Of a DNA stretch of 64,000 bases, positions 40,625 to 53,968 are shown in pieces. This DNA is from a bacterium. GTDB lineage: Bacteria; Bacteroidota; Ignavibacteria; UBA10030. The notes beneath the pieces are model-generated. The model was not told the DNA's origin, searched no databases, and saw nothing but the letters and a program-made list of their open reading frames with translations. Numbering within the stretch: the stretch's first letter is position 1; each line of letters begins with the position of its first letter. The DNA lies in the NCBI GenBank assembly GCA_043803945.1, contig JAZDJN010000091.1:32001-96000 (forward strand), given 5' to 3'. Position numbers and translations under genes: made by a program.

Positions 40625-41338
40625 CTATTTCACCAATCGCTTTTGGAGATAGTGTATCTCCGCGTCAATGGTTTTCAATCTCTTCTGTTCATACTCCGAT
40701 GAAGCATTCTCTGCAATGGATAAGAGATCTTCTTCCCAATCACCCGGCAGATATTCCCTTACAGTAAATCCGCCTGAAGTGCTTCCCGAAGTGGTTTCGA
40801 TTATTTCATACTCACGTGAGTTATCCGCAAGCAGCATGAGAGCGGCGGGAGAATAACTATCCCGATTTTTTCTCTCCTCACACTCGAGGACCACTTCATC
40901 CTGCAGGCATACCTTCAGACTATTACCGCCATTCATTTCAATTGTTAATGATCGCGATTTTGAGGTTGCACGATAAATGCCCTCCTCCCCATACACAGAC
41001 AGAATCTTGAATGCCGCCTGAGGGAGCTCAGCCTTCGACGCCTTCGCCAGCCGGCGTTCCAGCTTTCGCTTTAACCGACTCATTTCCCTCTTCTTCTTAT
41101 CGAGATTTCGCTCGAATGCCGGCTTGACTGCCCGTTCGATAGAAGCCCAGATGGCAGCAAATATCATTATTGGAAGCAGCAGATGAAACAGCAATCCCAA
41201 CAATGTCGAAAAGCCCCATAGACTTTTATACCAGGAGAATGGCAGGATATTAAACGAGAGGTAGATCAAAAAAATGCATACTATCACAGCAATAATATTC
41301 AATACACTGCGGAGAAAGCGATATGATACCGTGGTCAT
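40625..41338 (-). CDS. hypothetical membrane protein
   Basis: GGAGG RBS, two N-terminal TM helices, coiled-coil; no family recognised. Confidence 0.7.
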   Translation of the reverse strand: MTTVSYRFLRSVLNIIAVIVCIFLIYLSFNILPFSWYKSLWGFSTLLGLLFHLLLPIMIFAAIWASIERAVKPAFERNLDKKKREMSRLKRKLERRLAKASKAELPQAAFKILSVYGEEGIYRATSKSRSLTIEMNGGNSLKVCLQDEVVLECEERKNRDSYSPAALMLLADNSREYEIIETTSGSTSGGFTVREYLPGDWEEDLLSIAENASSEYEQKRLKTIDAEIHYLQKRLVK

Positions 41339-41643
41339 AATGTGCCTCCTGGTGAGAACATACCCTGGATGGTAAATTGACGATAAGATTCAGCCATGAT
41401 TGATGATGAATAATATGACAATCCCTCGCACAATGCTGTTAATCACGTCACAGATAAAACGGGAATACTCATAGAGCTGCGAAAGAGAGCCAATTGGAAA
41501 GGTTAATTCTTTTCACCGATTCTTAGGAACAATTTTTCCAGACCCATACTCCTTGCCCTTAAAAAAGTTTTTCACTGAAAATCCTTGCATCAAGCTTGGA
41601 ATTGCAATATTATTCGACAATTCCTCGAAGGGGATACCCTACT

Positions 41644-43896
41644 ATGATGGTACTTTCAGAACAAGAGGTTGAAGCAATCCTGGAAAACATGAGCGATGGA
41701 TTGTTGATCCTCAACAGTTCATTAGTCATCGAATATGCTAACATTCAGTCATCTAAAAACCTAAACCAGGATCATCTTCCCGGGAAATCATTTTATGAGA
41801 TCTTTCCAGGCGCTTCAAGCTCACTCAAAAAGCTTGGGATAGACGATCTCCTCAGCCTCCAGCAGCCAATTTCATTCGAAACATCTCTGGGAGATTCCAA
41901 ATCACCAAATAACTTCTCCATCCAAATTCAACCCTTCAACCTTCGATTCTTTGTGATCCTAAGACTCTTCGCTGAGCCAAATGCAGTAAAAGATTCACCA
42001 TCATTAGCGTGGGCTCAATTGAGGACAATAATCGAGAGTATCCCTGACGAGGTGGCATTTAAAGATTGTCAGCGCCGCTTTCTCCTCGCTAATTCAGCCT
42101 CGGTGCAAGCATTGAAACAATCCTCCGAAGCGGATGTGCTTGGTAAGAGAGATGAAGACCTACTCCCCCTCCATGTAGCACAAGTCCATGTGAGAGAAGA
42201 GGAAGAAATCATTGCTACCGGTAAATCGATTTTAAATTTTGAAAATACTAAAGTTGATAGCACAACAGGCGAGGTGATCGGGTGTAAGCTCATTTCTAAA
42301 GTCCCTGTCCGCAATCCTCGCGGAGATATTATCGGCCTCCTCGTTGTGAACAGGTCCATCACGGAACGGAAAAGATACCTGGTAGCCCTCAAAGAGAGCG
42401 AGGAATTGTTCCGCAAAGTCATCGAGAGTACCGGCGAAGGTGTTGCCCTTCTCAGTAAAGATGGCCGTTTTATCCTTGTCAACCTCGCGACGGAAGAACT
42501 GTTCGGACTTTCAAGAAGCCAACTGCTTTCAAGAAGCCTATTCGATTGTATCTCACCCAATTGCTCCGAACATCTGAAATCAGAACTCTTCAAGCGAAAA
42601 GGCAAACAGGCGAGTACGTTTGAATTAGAAATCCATCGCTCCGATGGTTCCAAACGAATGGTGCTGGTTACTGCGACCTCCGTTCTTCAGACCGATGGAA
42701 GCTATGCAGGCTCACTGGGAATATTCCGTGACATGACCGAACACAAGCGGACTGAAGAGGCGCTCCGTGAGACGCAAAAGATGAAGAGCCTCGGTATCCT
42801 TGCCGGCGGAATCGCTCACGACTTCAACAATTTGCTGCAAGCTGTCCTCGGTCACGCGTCCCTTGCGCTTCAGCGGCTCGATCGGCATCATGCTGCTTAC
42901 GCCAACATCCAGAAACTGGAGACGGCGGCAATGCGAGCTAGTGAACTAACCCAACAGTTGCTTGCCTATTCAGGCAGAGGGAAATTTCAGACAACTCCAA
43001 TCTTTTTGAATACGTTCATCAGGGACAACCTTCATTTCTTCGAAGTCTCGATTCCCAAATACATCCAGCTTCACACCGCTCTCGCCGCTGATCTTCCTCA
43101 CATTGAAGCAGATTCAGGCCAGATTCAGCAAATCGTAATGAACCTCATCATCAATGCTACGGAGGCCATTGGAGATCGTGCTGGAAATATTCACATCGCC
43201 ACCTCGTCACTCTACATTCCGGCAGATGACCGGGCATGCTGGGTGAGAGCTGGAGAAGAACTTGACGCAGGGACTTATGTCCTCCTGGATGTGCATGATG
43301 ATGGAAGCGGCATGGCCGAAGAAACACAGCAGCGAATATTCGATCCATTTTTCTCAACAAAATTTACCGGTCGCGGGTTAGGGCTTGCCGCGGTCCTGGG
43401 AATCATACGAGGTCATAAAGGCGGGATCCAGGTCCAGAGCAACGTGGGAGTGGGAACAACATTTCGTATTGCCCTTCCGGCTGTACAATCATTCGCTCTC
43501 AACGAGAGGAAATCCATGGCGGAAGAAAAAGAAATTACAGGCGCTATCCTTGTCATTGATGATGAAGAGTACGTTCGGGATCTGGTGGCCGATATCCTCG
43601 ATACATTTCACATCGCTGTCGTCACCGCAGAGAATGGAGAGGGGGGATTAAGTATTTACTCCGACCACCGCGATAAAATTAGTGCTGTGCTCCTGGATTT
43701 ATCAATGCCAGGTATCGGAGGCGAAGAAACATTCAAACGACTTAAAGCCCTAAATCCGAACGTCAAAGTCATTCTCTCTTCGGGGTATTCCGAGGTAGAA
43801 GCGGTTGAGCGATTCGCCGGACAGGGCCTTGCCGGCTTTCTTCAAAAACCCTATAAACCGGAACTCCTGATCTCCGTTCTGAAAAGCCAGATGTGA
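41644..43896 (+). CDS. cytoplasmic multi-PAS hybrid histidine kinase with receiver domain
   Basis: three PAS-like domains, LAGGIAHDFNNLL, FFSTKFTGRGLGL, VIDDE...LLDLSMP...KP. Confidence 0.92.
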   Translation: MMVLSEQEVEAILENMSDGLLILNSSLVIEYANIQSSKNLNQDHLPGKSFYEIFPGASSSLKKLGIDDLLSLQQPISFETSLGDSKSPNNFSIQIQPFNLRFFVILRLFAEPNAVKDSPSLAWAQLRTIIESIPDEVAFKDCQRRFLLANSASVQALKQSSEADVLGKRDEDLLPLHVAQVHVREEEEIIATGKSILNFENTKVDSTTGEVIGCKLISKVPVRNPRGDIIGLLVVNRSITERKRYLVALKESEELFRKVIESTGEGVALLSKDGRFILVNLATEELFGLSRSQLLSRSLFDCISPNCSEHLKSELFKRKGKQASTFELEIHRSDGSKRMVLVTATSVLQTDGSYAGSLGIFRDMTEHKRTEEALRETQKMKSLGILAGGIAHDFNNLLQAVLGHASLALQRLDRHHAAYANIQKLETAAMRASELTQQLLAYSGRGKFQTTPIFLNTFIRDNLHFFEVSIPKYIQLHTALAADLPHIEADSGQIQQIVMNLIINATEAIGDRAGNIHIATSSLYIPADDRACWVRAGEELDAGTYVLLDVHDDGSGMAEETQQRIFDPFFSTKFTGRGLGLAAVLGIIRGHKGGIQVQSNVGVGTTFRIALPAVQSFALNERKSMAEEKEITGAILVIDDEEYVRDLVADILDTFHIAVVTAENGEGGLSIYSDHRDKISAVLLDLSMPGIGGEETFKRLKALNPNVKVILSSGYSEVEAVERFAGQGLAGFLQKPYKPELLISVLKSQM

Positions 43897-43925
43897 GGCG
43901 AAAGCGTTTTGATGATCAGAATTCA

Positions 43926-44146
43926 AACCACGAAGTCACACGAAGTGACGAAGTAATAAAAGAACCTCATCCACTATAATTCCTTTTCTAGATCTTCGTG
44001 TTCCTTCGTGGATGAGTATTTTTTCTTTATCCCATATCTGTGCAAATCGGTGTGTCATCTGTGGTGGATTAACTGTGGGGTAAAATATATTTTTCTATTA
44101 TTCAGTTTTCTTTTTGTTCTTCGCGTCCTTTGTGTCCTTCGTGGTT
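43926..44146. repeat. cluster of CACGAAG/CACAGAT periodic repeats
   Basis: copies at 43926-43953, 43994-44013, 44036-44066 and 44119-44146 (the last lies inside the uvrC tail). Confidence 0.65.
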
Positions 44147-46030
44147 GAACTTTTCGTCCAAGCTTCTAGGTGTGGAATCAACATCCGGAATTGATTCTGC
44201 AAAATACTCTTTGATCTTTTGTGAGACCTTTGCTCCGACGATTTCAGATAATTGCTCTTCTGAAGCAAACCGAACTCCTTGAACAGATCCAAATGCCTCC
44301 AGGAGTTCCTGCGCCCGTTTTTTCCCGATCCCGCGAATGAGATCTAACTCCGTATTGAGAATCCGTTTTGATCGTACAGTACGGTGGTAGGTGATAGCAA
44401 ACCGGTGTGCTTCATCTCGAATCTGCTGCAACAAGCGCAAACTCGAGGAGGTGCGCGGCAAGACAATGGGATCCTGGTGGGCAGGCAGAAATATCTCTTC
44501 CAGCCGTTTTGCAAGACCGATCGAAGGAATAGTGTGAATGCCAATGTTTTCCAGGACTTCCACTGCGCTGGAGAGCTGACCTTTTCCTCCATCGATCATG
44601 ATCAGATCCGGGAGTGTTTCCTTTTCTTCCAGAACCCGTGTATACCGCCGGCGAATCACCTCCTGCATGCTCGCAAAATCGTCGGGGCCCTGGACCGTCC
44701 GGATCCGGAATTTACGATACTCGCTCTTTTTCGGTTTGGCATCGACAAACACGACCAGCGAGGCAACTGTATCACTTCCCTGAATATTTGAAATATCGAA
44801 ACATTCGATCCGTCGCGGCGCCGCCGGTAAGCGAAGGTCACGCTGAAGCGATTGCACTGAATGTGGAATCAATTCGCCGCGCTTGAGCAGCTGCAGTTCG
44901 AGTTCCTGCAACAGATACTCGGCATTCCTCTTAACCAGTCCAACGAGCTTATACTTCTCACCCGCTTTGGGAACCTCAAAAGAAATTTTTTTCTGATATC
45001 GTTCCGAAAGCCAATCTTGTAGAAGCTGGATCGAAGAGACAGCAGCGGAGAGAACAATTTCATCGGGCATATCATCGACATCGAGATAATAACGCTCCAG
45101 AAGAGTCTCAAGGATCTCGCCCTCCTCCTTCCCTGCAACATTCGCCATGGCAAAATGCCTGCTGCCGATGAGTTTACCATCCCGTACCCGAAAGACGACA
45201 CCGAAAGCATCGTCATCTTTCAGAGCGACGCCGAGGATATCACGATCCACCTTATTGGGATCGAGAACTTTTTGCCGCTGAGAATACACCGAGAGGGCGC
45301 GCAGCCGATCACGCGTCATGGCAGCGTCCTCAAACCGGAGATTCCCGGCATGCTCTTCCATTTCTTGATGGAGCACAACGACGACAGATTCTGTCTTCCC
45401 TCTGAGGATCTGTGCTACCTTCTCAATCATCGCATGGTACTTCTCCCGGGTAACGTACCCCTCACACGGTCCGTCACATTTTTTTATGTGATAATCCAGG
45501 CAGATTTTAAACTTCCCGGCGGTAATGGACTCCGCTGACAAATCGTAATTGCAGCTCCGGATCATAAAAATATCACGTACCGTTTTGAGTGCAGAACGCA
45601 TGGAACGGACATCGGTATAGGGGCCGAAGTATCGCGAGCCATCATTCACGATGCGGCGGGTGACAAAGACTCGTGGAAATGGTTCATTGGTGATGATAAT
45701 ATAGGGAAAACTTTTATCATCCTTGAGGATCACATTGTAGCGCGGCTTCAGCTTCTTAATGAGGTTCGCTTCAAGAATGAGCGCCTCAATTTCTGAATCG
45801 GTGACAATGATTTCCAGGTCGCGGATCTTCCCAACAAGGGCATCCGTCTTGGGATCAGTCAGGCGGGATTTATGGAAGTATTGCCGAACGCGGGAGCGAA
45901 GATTTTGCGCCTTTCCGACATAGATCACCTTCCCTTCGCTGTTCTTGAACTGATAGACTCCGGGTGTGAGGGGAAGAGCATCGAGTTTTTCCCGCAGTCC
46001 CCATTGACTATTGTCGAATTGAATATCCAT
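44102..46030 (-). CDS. uvrC: excinuclease ABC subunit C
   Basis: PGVY..YVGKA..LR.RV GIY-YIG domain, IECFDIS, IDGGKGQ, RDEAHRFA, HhH. Confidence 0.97.
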   Translation of the reverse strand: MDIQFDNSQWGLREKLDALPLTPGVYQFKNSEGKVIYVGKAQNLRSRVRQYFHKSRLTDPKTDALVGKIRDLEIIVTDSEIEALILEANLIKKLKPRYNVILKDDKSFPYIIITNEPFPRVFVTRRIVNDGSRYFGPYTDVRSMRSALKTVRDIFMIRSCNYDLSAESITAGKFKICLDYHIKKCDGPCEGYVTREKYHAMIEKVAQILRGKTESVVVVLHQEMEEHAGNLRFEDAAMTRDRLRALSVYSQRQKVLDPNKVDRDILGVALKDDDAFGVVFRVRDGKLIGSRHFAMANVAGKEEGEILETLLERYYLDVDDMPDEIVLSAAVSSIQLLQDWLSERYQKKISFEVPKAGEKYKLVGLVKRNAEYLLQELELQLLKRGELIPHSVQSLQRDLRLPAAPRRIECFDISNIQGSDTVASLVVFVDAKPKKSEYRKFRIRTVQGPDDFASMQEVIRRRYTRVLEEKETLPDLIMIDGGKGQLSSAVEVLENIGIHTIPSIGLAKRLEEIFLPAHQDPIVLPRTSSSLRLLQQIRDEAHRFAITYHRTVRSKRILNTELDLIRGIGKKRAQELLEAFGSVQGVRFASEEQLSEIVGAKVSQKIKEYFAESIPDVDSTPRSLDEKFNHEGHKGREEQKEN

Positions 46031-46051
46031 GACAATAATTGGTGTACTCTG

Positions 46052-46951
46052 TTAATCAGGAGAATAACCGAGCCGCTTGAGTTGGGCTTCGTTCTCGCGC
46101 CATTTTTCTTTTACCTTGACATGGAGTTCAAGAAAAACAGGTTTCTGGATAAAGCTTTCGATTGCGCCCCGTGCCTGTTCGCCAAGCGTTTTTAGCGCTT
46201 CCGCCCGCTTCCCGATCAGGATTCCCTTTTGAGAATCGCGTTCGACTATAATGTCCGCTCGTATAAGGGTTTTCCCGACGGCCCTTTCCTTGAACTCAAG
46301 AATTTCAACGGCTGTGGAATAGGGAATTTCTTCCCAGAACATTTCAAATATTTTCTCCCGAATCAGCTCAGCAACGAAAAATCGTTCCGGCTGTTCGCTG
46401 ATCTCATCCAGAGGATAATATGGAGGATGTTCCGGCAGCTTCCGCTCAATTGTTTTCAACAAGTCGTCGAGATTCTCAAGCTTCAAGGCAGAGATGGGGA
46501 TGATTTCGGTAAACTGGTTGCGTTGAGAAAATGCATCGATCATCGGCAGGGCCGCCTTCTTATCATCAATGTCGATTTTATTGATAACCAGGAGACATTC
46601 TTTTATGCCTCGAGAGCGTTGAAGAATTTGTTCCACGGGTTCAGGCAGTTCCAATCCATGGGAGAGATCGGTCATCACGAGAATGAGATCTGCATCATTG
46701 ATCGCCAGCTCCGCACTTAGCATCATTTTTTTTTGAAGCAGGTAGCGTGGATTCAGCAGACCGGGCGTATCGAGAAAGATGATCTGGCATGTTTTAGTAC
46801 TCAGGATGCCAAGAACGCGCTGCCTCGTGGTCTGAGGTTTGGGAGTAACAATGGAGAGCTTCTGCTGGAGCAGGGCATTTAATAAGGTGGATTTACCGAC
46901 ATTCGGCTCACCGATGATTGCGACGTAGCCAGATTTGAATTGTGGTTCCAT
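46052..46951 (-). CDS. era: GTPase Era
   Basis: GEPNVGKS, PQTTR, DTPG, NKID, KH domain. Confidence 0.96.
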   Translation of the reverse strand: MEPQFKSGYVAIIGEPNVGKSTLLNALLQQKLSIVTPKPQTTRQRVLGILSTKTCQIIFLDTPGLLNPRYLLQKKMMLSAELAINDADLILVMTDLSHGLELPEPVEQILQRSRGIKECLLVINKIDIDDKKAALPMIDAFSQRNQFTEIIPISALKLENLDDLLKTIERKLPEHPPYYPLDEISEQPERFFVAELIREKIFEMFWEEIPYSTAVEILEFKERAVGKTLIRADIIVERDSQKGILIGKRAEALKTLGEQARGAIESFIQKPVFLELHVKVKEKWRENEAQLKRLGYSPD

Positions 46952-46974
46952 AGCTCCTGACAAGTAAGAAAAAA

Positions 46975-47093
46975 AACCACTAAGGACACGAAGGAAGAAC
47001 TGTAAAAATGAAAATATTTCAAATCAATTTAATTCCATTATATGCTTTGTGTCCTTCTCAACCAGAGGCTGATGCACCTCTGGTGCAGTGGTT
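46975..47093. repeat. inverted periodic repeat pair with a 30-bp element inserted in the right arm
   Basis: AACCACTAAGGACACGAAG / CTTTGTGTCCTTC[47058-47087]GTGGTT. Confidence 0.7.
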
Positions 47094-47119
47094 GGATTTT
47101 CCTTCCAAGCTACGAGAAA

Positions 47120-50573
<3,454 letters not shown>

Positions 50574-50735
50574 GAGTCTCTTCTTTTAAAAAGTGAAAAA
50601 CGTGCGAAGAATATACCCAATTTTCGTACTCCAATCAAGAAACGGAGAACTGATGAATTGATTGCATTTGTAGGATTTTCCATCCACATTTTGGCACAAT
50701 TACGCATCCTCCACCTTCTTTACTGATGAGATCAT

Positions 50736-52244
50736 ATGAATCCCGGAAGAATAACTTCTTGTTCTCAAAGACAAATCAAGCAATCGCTTACTCTATTGTT
50801 GCTGAGCCTGCTCCTCACCAGCTGCTCTTCCTTCTCTCCATTCGGGGGTAACCGTGATCCTCTCAGTCAACTGCGGAGCGATATTGATCAGGTACTGAGA
50901 GATTCCATTTTTATTCCTTCTCAGGTGAGCATCAAAATCTCTTCAATCCAGTCAGGTGAACTTCTTTTTGAACGCAACAGTAAACTCCTCATCCGGCCGG
51001 CCTCGAATATGAAGCTTCTCACCAGTGCTACAGCCCTGGCAATACTTGGTACGTCCTATTCATTCTCGACGGTGATTTCGAGCGACTCAATTCTCTCTGA
51101 TGGAACAGTTCTCGGGAATGTCTACCTGAAGGGATTCGGGAATCCCGATCTCCTCAGTGCCGACATTGAGCAATTCGCGGCGCAGATCAAAGATAACGGC
51201 ATAAAGCGCATTATGGGGGGCGTTGTGGCTGACGTCTCCTTTTTCGATGATTTGTTTTGGGGACAGGGCTGGCAATGGGATGATGAACCATATGATTATG
51301 CGGCGTTTATCTCTCCACTGACGGTCAATGATAACTGTATTCGAGTCATAATTACTCCCGGATCGAACGCAGGAGAACCGACGATCATCACCACCGATCC
51401 CAACACGGAATACATCACACTTCAAAACCAGACAAGGACTGTATCTGACACTGCAAGAAAGAGGATACAAATTCAAAGGCTTTTCGCGGAACACTCCAAC
51501 ACGATTGTTGTCACCGGTGAAATCGTTGTCGGAGCAAAACCCGTTCGAGAAATTACGACAGTATGGAAACCGGAACTGTACACCGCTCAACTCTTCCATG
51601 AAGCACTCATCCGCAACGGTATGTCAATCCAGCGCACTCCATCAATAGGAATCGCTCCTGTGGGTAAAACTCTTGTACAGCACAACCGCAGCATCGATTC
51701 CTTGGTCATCAATCTTAATAAAATCAGTGACAACCTTTCTGCGGAAATGACTTTAAAAACACTCGGGGCTGTGCGCCGAGGAACGCCAGGTACGGCTCGA
51801 AACGGGATTTATGTTGTGAATGAGTTCTTAAACACACTCGGCATCGATACAACAGCATATACCATTGCTGATGGCTCGGGCCTCTCCTATTACACACTTC
51901 TGACGACAGAGATGATTCTCAAACTGCTTCAGGGAATGGCGAAGAATAAAGAGCTCTTCCCTTTGTACTATAAATCGCTGCCAATCGCCGGCGTTGATGG
52001 TACGCTGAGAACTCGTATGAAAGGGAGTGCCGCGGAGAAGAATCTCCGGGCAAAGACAGGATCGATTAGCGGCGTCAGTTCGCTCTCTGGATACGTAATA
52101 TCGAAGGATGGAGAATTAATCGCCTTCTCCATGTCGATGCAGAATTTTATCTACCCGATGTCCCTCTATCGCAAGGCACAGGATCAGATTGGAGTTCTGC
52201 TTGCAAACTTTAGCAGAGAGCGTGTGAGCCTGTCTACGCGTTAA
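50736..52244 (+). CDS. dacB: D-Ala-D-Ala carboxypeptidase/endopeptidase (PBP4, S13), lipoprotein
   Basis: PASNMK, SDN, DGSGLS, AKTG; lipobox LTSC. Confidence 0.93.
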   Translation: MNPGRITSCSQRQIKQSLTLLLLSLLLTSCSSFSPFGGNRDPLSQLRSDIDQVLRDSIFIPSQVSIKISSIQSGELLFERNSKLLIRPASNMKLLTSATALAILGTSYSFSTVISSDSILSDGTVLGNVYLKGFGNPDLLSADIEQFAAQIKDNGIKRIMGGVVADVSFFDDLFWGQGWQWDDEPYDYAAFISPLTVNDNCIRVIITPGSNAGEPTIITTDPNTEYITLQNQTRTVSDTARKRIQIQRLFAEHSNTIVVTGEIVVGAKPVREITTVWKPELYTAQLFHEALIRNGMSIQRTPSIGIAPVGKTLVQHNRSIDSLVINLNKISDNLSAEMTLKTLGAVRRGTPGTARNGIYVVNEFLNTLGIDTTAYTIADGSGLSYYTLLTTEMILKLLQGMAKNKELFPLYYKSLPIAGVDGTLRTRMKGSAAEKNLRAKTGSISGVSSLSGYVISKDGELIAFSMSMQNFIYPMSLYRKAQDQIGVLLANFSRERVSLSTR

Positions 52245-52308
52245 TTGGACTTTGTCTGCTGAGAATCCATTTGAGTTTGCCACGACTTTTGTCTAAGTTC
52301 ATTACGAG

Positions 52309-53286
52309 ATGAACAGAGTAACACTATATCGCACAAGGGCCCTGGTGCTCACGTTTTTTTTCTTCGCTTTTGTCGCTGCGCAATCGATAAAACCACCATC
52401 AACGCAGCCTGCTCGAGTTCCGAAGACACAACCATTGCAGTTTGATGAACAACAGGCATTCCGGTATCTCACCAAACAGACTTCCTTTGGACCAAGACAT
52501 CCGGGTTCGAAGGGGCATGCTCAGTGCCAGGAATACCTGGAAAAGGAATTACAGCGACTGAGTGATGCCGTGCAACTGCAAACCTTTACCTATCTGGCAG
52601 CCGACGGCAAAGCCTACCAGCTTACAAATATTATCTCTTCGTTCAATCTCAATGCCACAAAGCGCATCCTCCTCACCGCACACTGGGATACCAGGGCAGT
52701 TGCCGATAAAGACACTGAGGAGAAAAACAGGACCAGGCCTATCCTCGGTGCCAACGATGGTGCCAGTGGTGTGGCTGTGCTGCTGGAAATTGCACGACAA
52801 ATGAAATTGCTTGCACCCCCCATCGGGGTTGATCTCATTCTCTTTGATGGCGAGGATGTTGGAACCTCTGGGAAACCAGAAACTTTTTGCACCGGATCCA
52901 GATATTTTGCCAAGAATAAGGCCCAGGGATTCCGGCCCCGATTCGCCATCAATCTCGATATGATCGGCGATGCGGTGCTGGAGATAAAGCGGGAACAATA
53001 TTCGGATCAGTATGCCCGAGATGTCGTCGATCTGGTTTTCAAATCAGCAGCAGAGGTCGGCAGCGTTCAATTCAAGAATGTTCCGGGTTTTCAAGTGTAC
53101 GACGACCATGTACCACTCAATGAAGCTGGCATTCGTTCTATTGATCTCATCGATTTTGACTATCCCAACAGTGAAAAAAACTACTGGCATACCTTGGAGG
53201 ATACCCCCATTCATTGCAGTCCGAAGAGCCTGGGTGCCGTAGGAAAAGCTCTGATCCATCTTCTCTACTCGCAAGGAGCGCAATAG
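52309..53286 (+). CDS. M28 family peptidase / glutaminyl cyclase-like
   Basis: AHWDTR, GANDGASG, DGED, LDMIG, DDH, YWHT. Confidence 0.88.
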   Translation: MNRVTLYRTRALVLTFFFFAFVAAQSIKPPSTQPARVPKTQPLQFDEQQAFRYLTKQTSFGPRHPGSKGHAQCQEYLEKELQRLSDAVQLQTFTYLAADGKAYQLTNIISSFNLNATKRILLTAHWDTRAVADKDTEEKNRTRPILGANDGASGVAVLLEIARQMKLLAPPIGVDLILFDGEDVGTSGKPETFCTGSRYFAKNKAQGFRPRFAINLDMIGDAVLEIKREQYSDQYARDVVDLVFKSAAEVGSVQFKNVPGFQVYDDHVPLNEAGIRSIDLIDFDYPNSEKNYWHTLEDTPIHCSPKSLGAVGKALIHLLYSQGAQ

Positions 53287-53290
53287 CACC

Positions 53291-53968
53291 ATGGCACATC
53301 AACACCCACTATCCTTCGGGCGATACGAGACTTATAGAATTCTCATCCCGGGATTCTACTTTACAACACTGCTTTCACTGCTGTTCTGGTCGGCTTTTCC
53401 TTATGTCTATCCGGTGCCATTGTTTTCCGAATTGATCTTTATCATCCTGTTTTCCACCATCCTCATCATTGCCGGCCTATCGCTTTACGCAAAGGAAACG
53501 ACGAAACGTCGGAAGGCGTTTTTAGAGAATCAGCCCAGCCAATACTTGCAGGGCAAAGTCCGCACGATGGCCGATGTGCCTGTGCTCGAGGATGATGAAG
53601 CCCGAAGATTGTACTTTTACATCCTCAATAATCACATCCCGGCAACCTTTCACGAAAAGATATTCTTTTTTGGTACGGTGTATCACATCATGATTCAGAT
53701 TCGCCGGACATCGTTTGGATTTGCCCTTCTCGGAACAGCAATGATGGCGATCTTTCTCTCCGCTGGGATGACAATGGGATCCCTTCATGGACTCGTCATC
53801 TTCACTGCGGCAGTGTGGCTCGTCTACCTTTTGAATGTTCGCTATAATAAAGCCGATAGAAAAATGCAGGAAAATTATCAGGATCAAATCTATTGGCTTC
53901 AAATGCATAACGATCTCATCGAAGAGATTATTCGAAAACGTTCAACTTCCCCAACACAAAGCGTATGA
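53291..53968 (+). CDS. hypothetical membrane protein
   Basis: 4 TM helices; tight spacing between the M28 gene and prmA. Confidence 0.75.
   Translation: MAHQHPLSFGRYETYRILIPGFYFTTLLSLLFWSAFPYVYPVPLFSELIFIILFSTILIIAGLSLYAKETTKRRKAFLENQPSQYLQGKVRTMADVPVLEDDEARRLYFYILNNHIPATFHEKIFFFGTVYHIMIQIRRTSFGFALLGTAMMAIFLSAGMTMGSLHGLVIFTAAVWLVYLLNVRYNKADRKMQENYQDQIYWLQMHNDLIEEIIRKRSTSPTQSV

Noticed and set aside
50692-50706. sigma54 promoter upstream of dacB (TGGCAC...GC)
   Set aside because: The -24/-12 spacing is off by one base.
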